DNA of 26,742 bases from a virus. Taxonomy: Duplodnaviria; Caudoviricetes. Under the pieces are notes generated by a model, which searched no databases, was not told the origin of the DNA, and saw nothing but the letters and a program-made list of their open reading frames with translations. Below are positions 15,830 to 24,164 of this stretch, piece after piece. Location of the stretch: the IMG/VR virus record IMGVR_UViG_3300014160_000015, positions 1 to 26,742 of that record. One strand, 5' to 3'. Numbering within the stretch: the first letter of the stretch is position 1; each line of letters opens with the position of its first letter. The translations under genes were made by a program, and so were the position numbers.

Positions 15830-17509
15830 CTAAAGGAACTTCTTGATGTCTTGCCCCGTTGTCATGGACGCCGCGAGGGGCAAGGCGATCTCGGCGTAAT
15901 TCAATGAGTGGGCATAGTGGTCAGGTCCAGTCTCCACGAAGGTGGCGACCGGGTTGCCCGTCTCGTCTTTTTCGTAGGTCCGCACGAGCGACTTCAGGTG
16001 CTCGCGGTATTCCAGCGTCAGGTCACGCGGAAGCATGATCCGGCTGGGCTTGGTCTTGAGGCGGCCCAACGTGCAACTCAGCCAGTTGGTGCGGTCCACG
16101 GTGAGGATGGGCGCTCCCGTGTCTTCCTCGGCGATGGCGATTTCCTTGGCGGACTGACCGCGACGGTAGCGGCACAAGTAGGCGTAGCCGTGAAAGCGTT
16201 TGGCAAAGCGGCGGGCCTCGTTGATTTGCGGGTCGGCGTCAATGACGCAGGCCAGGACTTGCCACTCTCGCATCAGGTCATTGAGCATGGCCCAATCGTC
16301 TTCCATGAACTTTCCGAACCAGAGCAGCTTGCCGATGGCGGCGACGTTGATGTCGCTCGACATTTGATCGACGAACCACTCCATCACGGAGACGTAGTTC
16401 CACTTGCCCTGGTCCACACCCATCGTGATGCAGCGCGTGCCGCCCATTGCGGGGCGAGGATCATTGAGCGTGTGGCCCTTCAAGGCCGCATCAATCATTT
16501 CGTCCGTGACCTGGGCACCGGTGCCGATGAAAGGCAGGCCCAGTTTCGAGTTGTGGAACTCTTTGTTGGCGGCTTCATCGCCCAGGCCGCGATGGTAGGC
16601 CAACACTAGCTCGCCGGGCGAGACCGTGCTGGAATACAACTGGTTGACGTAAAAGCCTCGTGAGTCGGCGGGGTCCACGTTCGTGGCCGTCGCTTCCCAC
16701 TGGGCATTGGCCAACCAGATCGGCTTGGCGCTGTGGTCGAGCGGGTGCTGGCATTCCTTGCACTTGATGAAGGATTCTTTGCAGCGAGGGTCTTGGACCG
16801 ACTCGCCGATGATCTCGATGCAGTCGGGCCAAGTCAACTCCGTCCGTCGTCCGCAGTGCGGGCACTTGAAAAAGAAGTGCTCTTGGGTACTGCTAAGGAA
16901 GAGTTTGTGGATGCCGTACTTGGGAATCGTCGGCGTCGAGATCGCAATGACGTGCTTCTCGACCTGACCTGACAATCGCTCCAAGGCCAACCACACGGCC
17001 TTCTGTTCCATTTCGTCCAACTCGTCCAGCACGAGTTCGGACACCGGGATTGATTTGAGGTTGCTGTCGCCGCGCGAACCACGGATGTAGAGGCTGTTGA
17101 TGCCGGTGCTTTTTAGCCCCACCGTGTTCGTGTCCGTGAACATATTCTTCAGGTACGGACTGAGATTCAACGCACCTGAAAACCGGGCCTTTGAAAAATC
17201 GCTCGCGTTCAGACTGGTGGGCAGGACGTAGAGCACGTCACGCTTCAACTGATCCAACGTGAAGAAGGCGCGGTTGATGCCCGTCTCGGTCACGCCCAAC
17301 TGGGCAGCTTTCATGGCTACCGTGAAGGCGGACTGGGAATCGTGGATCGCTCGGCACCAGGGGTGGTGATAGAAGCTGTATGGTCCCTCGAAAGGCGCTC
17401 CCATCACGCGCCGGTGTTCGGCCCAGCGGGAGCAGCTTTTTACCGTTCTACTTCGCACCCCCTCGGCGAACGTCAGCTTCAAGATGTCGTTGAGGCCGAG
17501 TTCGATCAT
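15830..17509 (-). CDS. terL: Terminase large subunit, lambda GpA family
   Basis: Walker A variant MKAAQLGVTE, Walker B ELVLDELDE, coupling motif ISTPT, Zn-binding CPHCG...CKECQ, nuclease motifs MGVDQG, VIDAD and PDHYAHS. Confidence 0.93.
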   Translation of the reverse strand: MIELGLNDILKLTFAEGVRSRTVKSCSRWAEHRRVMGAPFEGPYSFYHHPWCRAIHDSQSAFTVAMKAAQLGVTETGINRAFFTLDQLKRDVLYVLPTSLNASDFSKARFSGALNLSPYLKNMFTDTNTVGLKSTGINSLYIRGSRGDSNLKSIPVSELVLDELDEMEQKAVWLALERLSGQVEKHVIAISTPTIPKYGIHKLFLSSTQEHFFFKCPHCGRRTELTWPDCIEIIGESVQDPRCKESFIKCKECQHPLDHSAKPIWLANAQWEATATNVDPADSRGFYVNQLYSSTVSPGELVLAYHRGLGDEAANKEFHNSKLGLPFIGTGAQVTDEMIDAALKGHTLNDPRPAMGGTRCITMGVDQGKWNYVSVMEWFVDQMSSDINVAAIGKLLWFGKFMEDDWAMLNDLMREWQVLACVIDADPQINEARRFAKRFHGYAYLCRYRRGQSAKEIAIAEEDTGAPILTVDRTNWLSCTLGRLKTKPSRIMLPRDLTLEYREHLKSLVRTYEKDETGNPVATFVETGPDHYAHSLNYAEIALPLAASMTTGQDIKKFL

Positions 17510-17696
17510 GGTGCATCACAATTAAAAGAGGTTGCATTATTTTCAGGCTCGCGTAAGGCAGCTATTCGCTGTGGGGTTGGCGTTCATCCTGGCAACCTCG
17601 TGTTTCCGTTGACGCTGGGCTCTTGAGGGGAAGAGCACAGGGTCAACGGCATCTCATTGCGGAGAGGCCGAAGTGTGGTTTCAATCGTCGGCCGAT
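17510..17696 (-). promoter_or_regulatory. Highly structured intergenic leader of terL (candidate cis-regulatory RNA)
   Basis: Stems: gaggttgc/gcaacctc (17528-17599) enclosing CAGG/CCUG and CAGC/GCUG; ccgttgac/gtcaacgg (17606-17649) enclosing gctctt/aagagc; ggccga/tcggcc (17666-17693). Followed on the mRNA by UUUUAAUU. Confidence 0.5.
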
Positions 17697-18284
17697 TTAC
17701 TTGGAGCGCTTGCGTTTCGCTACATCGAGAACCGGAGCGGCCGGAACGGCGGCAGCGGGCTCGGCGGGCTCGGCAGCGGGAGCATCGGCGGCGGGTAGAT
17801 CGGTTGCTGCGGGTGCGGCAACATCGGCGGTCGGAGCGGAGGCGTCGGCAGCGGGTACTTCGGTGGCTGCGGGTGCGTCGGCTTCCGTTGCGGGTGCATC
17901 GGCTTGCGTTGCGGGTTCATCGGACGTTGGGGTGTCATTGCTGATCTCCTGAGCCGGAGCCGGCTCGACGGCCGGTGCCGCATCGACGGCCGGAGCCGCC
18001 TCAACGACCGGTGCTACATCGACGGCCGGAGCCGGCTCGACGGCTTGAGGTTTCGCTACCGCCCGCTTGATGCAGACGGGGCCGCATCCAAAGACCGGCA
18101 TCTGGTTGCGTCCAAGGAAGACGGAATAGATTTCGACTTCATCCTCGGTCACGCCTTGGGGCGGTTGATAATCGTAGACCTTGTGCGAGGCGTCCAGTTT
18201 GATGTTGAGTTCCGTGCCTCCGGGCAAGAAGATAATCAGCATCGTGAGCGGATGTTCGTAGCTACGGGGCACTTGAATCAGCAT
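17697..18284 (-). CDS. Hypothetical protein with a long Pro/Ala/acidic repeat tail
   Basis: About 75 aa globular N-terminus, then VEPAPA/VDAAPA hexapeptide and AT[EQ]ADAP heptapeptide repeats, ending in the basic sequence KRKRSK. Confidence 0.65.
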   Translation of the reverse strand: MLIQVPRSYEHPLTMLIIFLPGGTELNIKLDASHKVYDYQPPQGVTEDEVEIYSVFLGRNQMPVFGCGPVCIKRAVAKPQAVEPAPAVDVAPVVEAAPAVDAAPAVEPAPAQEISNDTPTSDEPATQADAPATEADAPAATEVPAADASAPTADVAAPAATDLPAADAPAAEPAEPAAAVPAAPVLDVAKRKRSK

Positions 18285-18546
18285 TTCGTTTCTCGCAGTT
18301 CTCTATGACTTGTTGGAGCCTCCCCGACAGTCGGTGAAGCTGGTCGGTCTTGTCTCCGGCCACTCCGATCAGGGAGTACCCGTGCATCATTTCAATGACG
18401 CTTTGGCAGGTGAACATGGCTTGCTGCCAGAGTTGAACCCCGTGCTCCGGGGTTGTTGGCTTGTTGCGGGGGATCGGTATGACCTTGATCGGTTCCGGCT
18501 TGTCAGGGCAGTTGCGGCAATCCTTGCGAGGAACTTTGCGGGCCAT
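18262..18546 (-). CDS. Hypothetical protein (CxxC near the N-terminus, helical C-terminus)
   Basis: 94 aa, AAGGA SD upstream, overlaps both neighbours; CRNCPDKP. Confidence 0.5.
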   Translation of the reverse strand: MARKVPRKDCRNCPDKPEPIKVIPIPRNKPTTPEHGVQLWQQAMFTCQSVIEMMHGYSLIGVAGDKTDQLHRLSGRLQQVIENCEKRNADSSAP

Positions 18547-18925
18547 GATGTTTGTCCTTCAGCCAGAACATGCAATCGACCACCACGTTGACATCCTGCG
18601 TCCGCACGGTGTCGTGGCCGCAGACATAGACGAAGAACGTCGGCACGCTGGTAATCCCGTACTGGCGGGCGAGTTCCGGCTGCTGGTCAATGTCTATGTG
18701 GACGACCTCGATCCCCTCCTTCTCCAACCAACGCAGGGTGGGTTGAGCCTGTTTACACGGGCTGCACCAGGAGGCACAGAAGGCGAGTACCTTGGGTGGG
18801 GTACAACCCTGGTGCTCGGGCGGGATGGGTGCCGGATGATTGGGTTCGCAACCGACGAACATCGTCAGGACAACGGCGAGGCCCAAAAGGAAGCAGAGGA
18901 AGATGAAAAGACGGATCAGGCACAT
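18503..18925 (-). CDS. Thioredoxin-family protein with a signal peptide and probable lipobox
   Basis: AFCASWCSPCK active site, IDIDQQPELARQYGITSVPTF (cis-Pro loop); hydrophobic N-terminus ending in FVGC. Confidence 0.88.
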   Translation of the reverse strand: MCLIRLFIFLCFLLGLAVVLTMFVGCEPNHPAPIPPEHQGCTPPKVLAFCASWCSPCKQAQPTLRWLEKEGIEVVHIDIDQQPELARQYGITSVPTFFVYVCGHDTVRTQDVNVVVDCMFWLKDKHHGPQSSSQGLPQLP

Positions 18926-18986
18926 GGGGAAATCTCCGATTGTTCGGTAGAAGGCTCGCGTAACTCACGGGAGCATTCAACTGAAC

Positions 18987-19020
18987 CGTCCCCTTGCGGC
19001 TTTTGGGCCGCAGGGGGACG
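18987..19020 (-). terminator. GC-rich hairpin between the 138-aa gene and thioredoxin
   Basis: cgtccccttgcggc/gccgcagggggacg: 14-bp stem with one mismatch and a 6-nt loop. Confidence 0.4.
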
Positions 19021-19054
19021 ATGGGGCGAGGATGCTATCCCTGCCGGGGTTCAC

Positions 19055-19471
19055 TTAGGACTTCGCCGGGGCGGCTGCGGGCGCGGCGGCCGGAGCCGGG
19101 GCTGCCTGGAGCGCGGCGATCTTCGCCTGGATCAGGGCAAGGCCCTCGGGCGTAGCGAGTTTGGCGTCGAGCATATTGCTGAACGTGCCGTCGAGTTCCT
19201 TGGTAATCGCGGCATCGCCGCCAACCTCGACCAGACGAGCAAACTCATGGATGCGATCCGCAGCGTCTTGCCAGTCGCCGATAACGAAATCGTCGAGCAA
19301 TTGCGGGATCAGCTTGAGGCCGGCGTCACGCAGCTTGGCGGCCAACGCCTGGGCGGAACGCTTCTTGGCTTCGAGTTTCTTGTTGGCACCCAGCGCCCAC
19401 TTGACCACTTCAAAGCCGACGAACAAAGACACGCACGCGGACAGAATCCAAATCACAACGAACGGGTTCAT
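19055..19471 (-). CDS. Membrane-anchored helical protein
   Basis: 138 aa, N-terminal TM (FVVIWILSACVSLFVGF), helical body, Ala/Pro tail; GGAG SD. Confidence 0.7.
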   Translation of the reverse strand: MNPFVVIWILSACVSLFVGFEVVKWALGANKKLEAKKRSAQALAAKLRDAGLKLIPQLLDDFVIGDWQDAADRIHEFARLVEVGGDAAITKELDGTFSNMLDAKLATPEGLALIQAKIAALQAAPAPAAAPAAAPAKS

Positions 19472-19548
19472 GGTATTTCTCCAAAAGTTGTTGCCGCTGA
19501 CTGGCGGCCGAATGTTTCAAACCGATAGGACAAAAGAACGAACGGAAC

Positions 19549-20271
19549 TTACTTGGCCGCTTTCCAGCGAGCCTTGAACGTGCTCACGACACCGAAGCCG
19601 GAGCCGACCGCAAAAGCGGCCATACAGATGGGAGCCAGGAGCCAGGCAGGCGGCATGGCAGGGGTCTCGTCGATCGCAGGCTGGTCATTGTTATCAATGG
19701 GTCCAGGAGTCGGATCGGGATTCACGGGCTCAGGCTTGGGTCCAGGGGTCGGGCAGTTGTGTCGCTGCCGCCAACCAAGTATGGGGTTTGCGTTTTGCCT
19801 TTCCTGAAACCTCTTGAAGGGATGCAGGATGCAACCCGTCTTCGGGCCGCTCCTCACGTCGTCGGCGACCTGGGCACTCAGTCCCTCGGCCGTCATGGGG
19901 ATTTCGTCGCTGCACAGTTGCGAATAGATGACGCCTTCGGCGTTCTGAATTCTGACCATCGGTAGCGCTGGCGTATTGGACGCATAGCGTTCCGCAAAAA
20001 TGGCCGAGTCACTGGTGACGGGGTTGTAGTGGGTACTATTCCGCAGCTTGAGCAGGGAGCCGGAGTCGAACCAACTCAGGACTTGACGATAGCGTGCGTC
20101 GTTGGTCTCACCTACGACGGACACGTACCACCTGCCACCATCTTGCGGCAGGGTGACAACACGCTCTTGGGCGATGACGCCGTTGGCGGGCTGCGCGACA
20201 CAAGGGGTCGCCGTAATCGTGACCGCAAGCAGAGCGGCCAGCAAACACAGGCACAACAGGAAACGATTCAT
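19549..20271 (-). CDS. Exported protein: signal peptide, possible thioredoxin-like domain lacking CxxC, Pro-rich linker, C-terminal TM
   Basis: Start MNRFLLCLCLLAALLA at 20271 (GAGG SD). Contains WYVSVVG...ALPMVRIQNAEG, PTPGPKPEPVNPDPTPGP and a C-terminal hydrophobic helix followed by KARWKAAK. Confidence 0.7.
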   Translation of the reverse strand: MNRFLLCLCLLAALLAVTITATPCVAQPANGVIAQERVVTLPQDGGRWYVSVVGETNDARYRQVLSWFDSGSLLKLRNSTHYNPVTSDSAIFAERYASNTPALPMVRIQNAEGVIYSQLCSDEIPMTAEGLSAQVADDVRSGPKTGCILHPFKRFQERQNANPILGWRQRHNCPTPGPKPEPVNPDPTPGPIDNNDQPAIDETPAMPPAWLLAPICMAAFAVGSGFGVVSTFKARWKAAK

Positions 20272-20299
20272 GGTCTTAACCTCATTTCGGTAGATTGGT

Positions 20300-20857
20300 T
20301 TACTTACTCGGTGACGGTGGAAGCGGAGCGGCCGGAGCATAGATGGGAGTCACGGCCCAACTGTTGCTTGCCTTCCATTCGGCAAGGAATCGCTCACGCG
20401 GAACCCAGATGTAATGATCTGTCGAATTGTCGTCGAGGAGGCCAGCCCACTTATCATCCAGGTGGACCAGGGCGATCATGTGGCAGCCGCCTCGGACGGT
20501 CACGCCGCATCCCCTTCGCGTTTTGCAGGCCCACTCAAGGAAGGCCACGTTGTTCTCGTCGTAGGTGTAGGCGTAGCGGATGCCTTCCCTATCGAACTTG
20601 GCAGCCAGATCGTCGGCGGTTTCGCCGCTGCCGTAGGTTTGCCGCCAGTGGTCGGCCATTTTGTAGCGGCCCTGCCAACGGAGTAAAGTAATCACCGTGG
20701 CGTGGACGCAAGAGCCTGACCCCTCGCTGCCGATCCAGTTCTCTTGACGTATGGCAGCGGGCGGGTTGATGGTGGGGCGTTCTGTGACGATTACCCCGTC
20801 GTACTTGACGCAGCCGGTAGAGACCAGCAGAAGGAGAGCAAGGACGAATCGTTTCAT
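20300..20857 (-). CDS. Papain-fold (C39-like) cysteine peptidase lipoprotein
   Basis: Start MKRFVLALLLLVSTGC (lipobox) at 20857, with ATGA overlap. Candidate triad GSC*VHA...GGCH*MIAL...LLD*DNS; ends WVPRERFLAEW, as in C39-like domains. Confidence 0.72.
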   Translation of the reverse strand: MKRFVLALLLLVSTGCVKYDGVIVTERPTINPPAAIRQENWIGSEGSGSCVHATVITLLRWQGRYKMADHWRQTYGSGETADDLAAKFDREGIRYAYTYDENNVAFLEWACKTRRGCGVTVRGGCHMIALVHLDDKWAGLLDDNSTDHYIWVPRERFLAEWKASNSWAVTPIYAPAAPLPPSPSK

Positions 20858-21471
20858 GGGGTCATTCTCCGTGGCAGTCGCAGGACACCGTGGCTGCGCA
20901 GATAGCGGATTAGGCGGTTGGGGTTCCAGCGGCCAAAGTTGTTGGTCGGCCAGAGTCCCACGTAGGCATGGGCCGCTGCGACCCATTCACTGCAAAAGAT
21001 TTGATGCAAGTCGGCCTCGGAGATCAGCGTCTCAACCCAGGAGAGGCCCAGGCCGGAGGAGCGGAAGGCATCCATCTTGCTGTAGGGAACATGAATCGTC
21101 CCAACTAGGAATTCGCTGAGCCTTTGTCGCTCGAAGGCGTAGAGTGTCCGGTAAAGGGGATAATGCCAAACTTTGCCTCGATACCTTCGACATACGGTAT
21201 CAAGCTGGTGAGCCTGCGTCCCGTCGAATTTGCTCCCGGCGATTTCGCAAGGCAGATCGTCCAATGTGGTGGACTCGAACAATAGCTGGCGACCATCCGT
21301 AGCCTCCCCCACGATCCCTACGTGGCAGATGTTCCATCGCGGTATCCCGAAGGTGCCGAGGTTGATGATGTCACCGACGAGGCCCTCACCGCTGAAGGCA
21401 ATCACATCGCCAGGTTTAATGATCGCCGGATCGAAGAAGTCTTGAGCGGGAAATCGGGCATTCATCTTCAT
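20854..21471 (-). CDS. Permuted papain-like NlpC/P60 enzyme (YiiX/YaeF-like)
   Basis: KPGDVIAFSG...CHVGIVG...LFEST...VPYS...IFCSEWVAAAH...WNPNRL. His precedes Cys, as in circularly permuted NlpC/P60. Confidence 0.82.
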   Translation of the reverse strand: MKMNARFPAQDFFDPAIIKPGDVIAFSGEGLVGDIINLGTFGIPRWNICHVGIVGEATDGRQLLFESTTLDDLPCEIAGSKFDGTQAHQLDTVCRRYRGKVWHYPLYRTLYAFERQRLSEFLVGTIHVPYSKMDAFRSSGLGLSWVETLISEADLHQIFCSEWVAAAHAYVGLWPTNNFGRWNPNRLIRYLRSHGVLRLPRRMTP

Positions 21472-21631
21472 CCCTCCGAGCGGCGATTGTGGTGTCGATG
21501 TTCAGATTCTTGGGATTGCCTCTGCCAGGAATGCGGAGACGGCCCATTTCGGCGGCGTAGCAATCTTCGCAGCGTGTTTCGTTGGAGAACGTGACAAGTT
21601 TGCCGCAGGCACACCAGACGGGAAAGTTCAT
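21416..21631 (-). CDS. Small Zn-finger-like protein
   Basis: MNFPVWCACGKLVTFSNETRCEDCY; 71 aa from ATG 21631. The start choice is uncertain. Confidence 0.45.
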   Translation of the reverse strand: MNFPVWCACGKLVTFSNETRCEDCYAAEMGRLRIPGRGNPKNLNIDTTIAARRDEDECPISRSRLLRSGDH

Positions 21632-21664
21632 ACAAGACTCTGAGTAAGAGGCGGTTGAACGTCT

Positions 21665-21693
21665 CTTGCCGTCAGTCGAGCGACTCACGGCAA
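21665..21693 (-). terminator. Hairpin downstream of the putative terS
   Basis: Outer stem cttgccgt/acggcaag with inner agtcg/cgact; a second small hairpin tcggc/gccga at 21704-21718. Confidence 0.35.
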
Positions 21694-21718
21694 GGGTACT
21701 GTTTCGGCTCATGGCCGA

Positions 21719-22288
21719 TCAGCTTTCGGTATCGTAAGAGATCGCGGGCAAGATCATCGTCTTGGCGGCGTCAGCGCTCACGGTGGCCATTACGCGCTTG
21801 AGAATGCGGTCGGCAATCGGCTCGTAGTTGGGGATGGATTCCAATTCGTCCATCACCGCCTGCACGAGCAACTGGGCGAAGGCAATCACTGCCGGCCGCC
21901 CGAGCAAGGTCTGAAGGCTCTGTTCGATGGAGTGCGACGACTTGATAAGGCGCTCGATGGTCAGCAAGAGGCTGTTGATCGAGGGTGCGCGGGCGATGAA
22001 GTCGTTGTCCGTCTTCACCATGTTCCAATACCGCTCGACCATGATGCGGGCCAGGGCGATCTCGTCGCGGAGCGACTTGATGTTCTCGCTCTCGGCATAC
22101 TGGGCCAGCTTGGCTTGATCCTCGGCCTGGGCCAACAGGTAGCTCCGCATGTTGTTCGCGGGGCCTTTGTCGATGCCGTTGTGGGCCTCGCAGAAATCGG
22201 AGCCCGTGACCGCCCGGTTCCAGCACTGCTCGCTGCCGCACGATCCTTTGCAGCGGGCGGGATCGTCGGGTTCGCGGACATGGGCCAT
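21719..22288 (-). CDS. Probable terminase small subunit
   Basis: Start MAHVREPDD at 22288 (AAGGA SD). N-terminal RC...C...C..HNG Zn motif (HGGxSTG-like) followed by the helical SLRDEIALARIMVER segment seen in many TerS proteins. First gene of the late - strand run. Confidence 0.6.
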   Translation of the reverse strand: MAHVREPDDPARCKGSCGSEQCWNRAVTGSDFCEAHNGIDKGPANNMRSYLLAQAEDQAKLAQYAESENIKSLRDEIALARIMVERYWNMVKTDNDFIARAPSINSLLLTIERLIKSSHSIEQSLQTLLGRPAVIAFAQLLVQAVMDELESIPNYEPIADRILKRVMATVSADAAKTMILPAISYDTES

Positions 22289-22410
22289 GTTGAAATCCTT
22301 CTCTTGGCGGACGGGAAGGCGTTCAACGAGAGGCGCATCTTCCACAGCATATACAGGAGATGGTAAAAACGCCTTTTTTTTTCATAATCGGTGCGGATTT
22401 TCAAGATTTA

Positions 22411-22440
22411 TTGACCTTCCGCTGACGCGGCGGGCAAAAT
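22411..22440 (+). promoter_or_regulatory. Candidate sigma70-type promoter in the AT-rich divergent region
   Basis: TTGACC-18 nt-CAAAAT, preceded by an AT-rich tract (T9 at 22374-22382), upstream of the + strand operon. Confidence 0.4.
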
Positions 22441-22522
22441 CTCTACGCTCTGCAACCAGTTTCGGGCGGTTTGCAACTCTCAGTATGTAACGTCCCTCCC
22501 TTTCCGACCTTACGAGGACAAC

Positions 22523-22825
22523 ATGAGCAACATCGAACCGACCGCCGAGCCCCAGAAACGGCAGTACACGGTCAAGTATCAACGCGGCGGGAACCCGGCC
22601 ATCCAGTTGGAGCCAGGGGTCAACGACGATCTCTGTGCCCGGCCGGAAGTGGCCTTTGGCATCGCCTTCATGCAGGCCCACCCGTTCGTGGAGATCGTGG
22701 GCATCCGCCTCGGCGACGACGCCTTCATGCTCGCCGCCCTGCTGCCCGGCCACAGCCAAGTCAACGGCAAGGCGTTCACATTCAAAGAGGCGGCCCCCAG
22801 CATCGTCCTGCCGGAGGTCCGCTAG
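22523..22825 (+). CDS. Hypothetical protein
   Basis: 100 aa, GAGGA SD, strong GC3 bias. Confidence 0.7.
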   Translation: MSNIEPTAEPQKRQYTVKYQRGGNPAIQLEPGVNDDLCARPEVAFGIAFMQAHPFVEIVGIRLGDDAFMLAALLPGHSQVNGKAFTFKEAAPSIVLPEVR

Positions 22826-22826
22826 C

Positions 22827-23369
22827 ATGTCGCTGATCGACCGACCTGAGCCGCTACGCCGGCCGCGCCAGCCACCCACGGGGCCGAAACCGGTCTTGCC
22901 GATGGTCCAGTTGCCGATCTTTCGCGTGAAGGCCCGCCACCTGGAAGACTACCTGTACGAGGTCTATCGCATGGGCGAGTTCGACTTCCTCCTGGCCGCA
23001 GGACTGAAGGCGGGCGAATGCCCGGAATACATCGTCCAGGCCGCCCTACCGGCCGCGCACGAAGGTCCACGCCGCGCCAATGAGATTCGCTCGGGGCGGC
23101 GGACCAAGAACGTGGCGCTGATTCTCAACGTGCTCTGCCTCGACGGTTACATCCCGGCCGGCAAGTACATCATCGACACGCACCGCGAGGCCCGGCCCAT
23201 CGACGTTTACACGTCCCTGATGAAGACCCGGCTCGACGTGCTCGACCCGGACTGCGTGGCCTTCAAGAACGCCCACCGCAAGAATAAGACGTTCATGGCC
23301 CAGGCCGCCGTGGTGGACAAGATGGTCGAGGAGGCTGTCGCCGTCGAGCGGGAGTTGCTCGGGAAATGA
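22827..23369 (+). CDS. Hypothetical protein
   Basis: Start MSLIDRPEP at 22827, 1 nt after the upstream stop, with GGAGG upstream; 180 aa; GC3-rich. Confidence 0.7.
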   Translation: MSLIDRPEPLRRPRQPPTGPKPVLPMVQLPIFRVKARHLEDYLYEVYRMGEFDFLLAAGLKAGECPEYIVQAALPAAHEGPRRANEIRSGRRTKNVALILNVLCLDGYIPAGKYIIDTHREARPIDVYTSLMKTRLDVLDPDCVAFKNAHRKNKTFMAQAAVVDKMVEEAVAVERELLGK

Positions 23370-23617
23370 AGCTGTCCTGGCTCCGCTATGGCAACTGTCT
23401 GATCGGTTTGGTGTTGATCGCCACGGCCTTACTTCTCCAAGGCCGTGGCGGTCGCATTATCGTGCGCTGGAACAAGCGCTGCTGGGCACCGCACCTGCTC
23501 TATGAGACGGCCGAGGGAACATACCACTTTCGCACCGACCGCGACGTGTTGCCCTGGCCATACTGCCCGCTCTGGTTCGTGGGGCAAGTCGAGTTGATTC
23601 CGCCGAAGGCGGGCTAG
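23366..23617 (+). CDS. Hypothetical membrane-associated protein
   Basis: 83 aa, ATGA overlap with the upstream gene, hydrophobic N-terminus. Its stop overlaps the convergent gene's stop in the palindrome CTAG (23614-23617). Confidence 0.6.
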   Translation: MKLSWLRYGNCLIGLVLIATALLLQGRGGRIIVRWNKRCWAPHLLYETAEGTYHFRTDRDVLPWPYCPLWFVGQVELIPPKAG

Positions 23618-23883
23618 GACTTCTTCTTCGGCCTGGCGGCCTTCATTTCGGAGACCACGCTGCGGGCCTCGTTAATCAGGGCGGTCATGGCCTCTACCCA
23701 GGTCTGGGCCTCGACGAGCTTCAGGGGATCGGCAAACGTCACCCCGCTGAAGCTGATCTTGACATCCGAGCCTCGGGACGCCTTGGGCAGGCTGACCTCT
23801 GCCCGAATCTCCAACGTCTTCGCGCCGCTGAACGGCTTGCAGCTTAACTGGACTCCCCAGTCGTAGACTTCACGCTGAATCAT
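23614..23883 (-). CDS. Hypothetical protein with its own promoter
   Basis: Start MIQREVYDWG at 23883 with GGAGG SD; 89 aa. Confidence 0.72.
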   Translation of the reverse strand: MIQREVYDWGVQLSCKPFSGAKTLEIRAEVSLPKASRGSDVKISFSGVTFADPLKLVEAQTWVEAMTALINEARSVVSEMKAARPKKKS

Positions 23884-23920
23884 CTTTTCCTCCGTGGTCA
23901 ATTGTGGTGAAAGACAAGCA

Positions 23921-23949
23921 ATCTTAGCCTCTTTCTTAGGCACTGTCAA
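23921..23949 (-). promoter_or_regulatory. Near-consensus sigma70 promoter
   Basis: TTGACA (23949-23944), 17-nt spacer, TAAGAT (23926-23921); 37 nt upstream of the ATG. Confidence 0.75.
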
Positions 23950-23951
23950 CC

Positions 23952-24164
23952 TCACTGTGGGTCAGGCGTTACCAGAATGCCTTGTCCACCGGCGGTAAAC
24001 AAGGCATATTCGTATTCATCGCCATCATCGACACGGCCGAGCGTGCTGTCGGCGTGTACAACGACGGTGGTTCCCCTGGGTAGCGAGTCGCGGACTTGCT
24101 CGCGGCGCTTGTGTCGGAAGATGACCTTGCTGGTGTCTGACCAGACGGCGCAGTAAGTCGTCAT
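23952..24164 (-). CDS. Hypothetical protein
   Basis: 70 aa, ATGA overlap with the upstream gene, GGAG SD. Confidence 0.6.
   Translation of the reverse strand: MTTYCAVWSDTSKVIFRHKRREQVRDSLPRGTTVVVHADSTLGRVDDGDEYEYALFTAGGQGILVTPDPQ

Noticed and set aside
22360-22382. AAAAA-CGCC-T9 as an intrinsic terminator
   Set aside because: The stem would be A-U only; more likely part of the AT-rich divergent promoter region.
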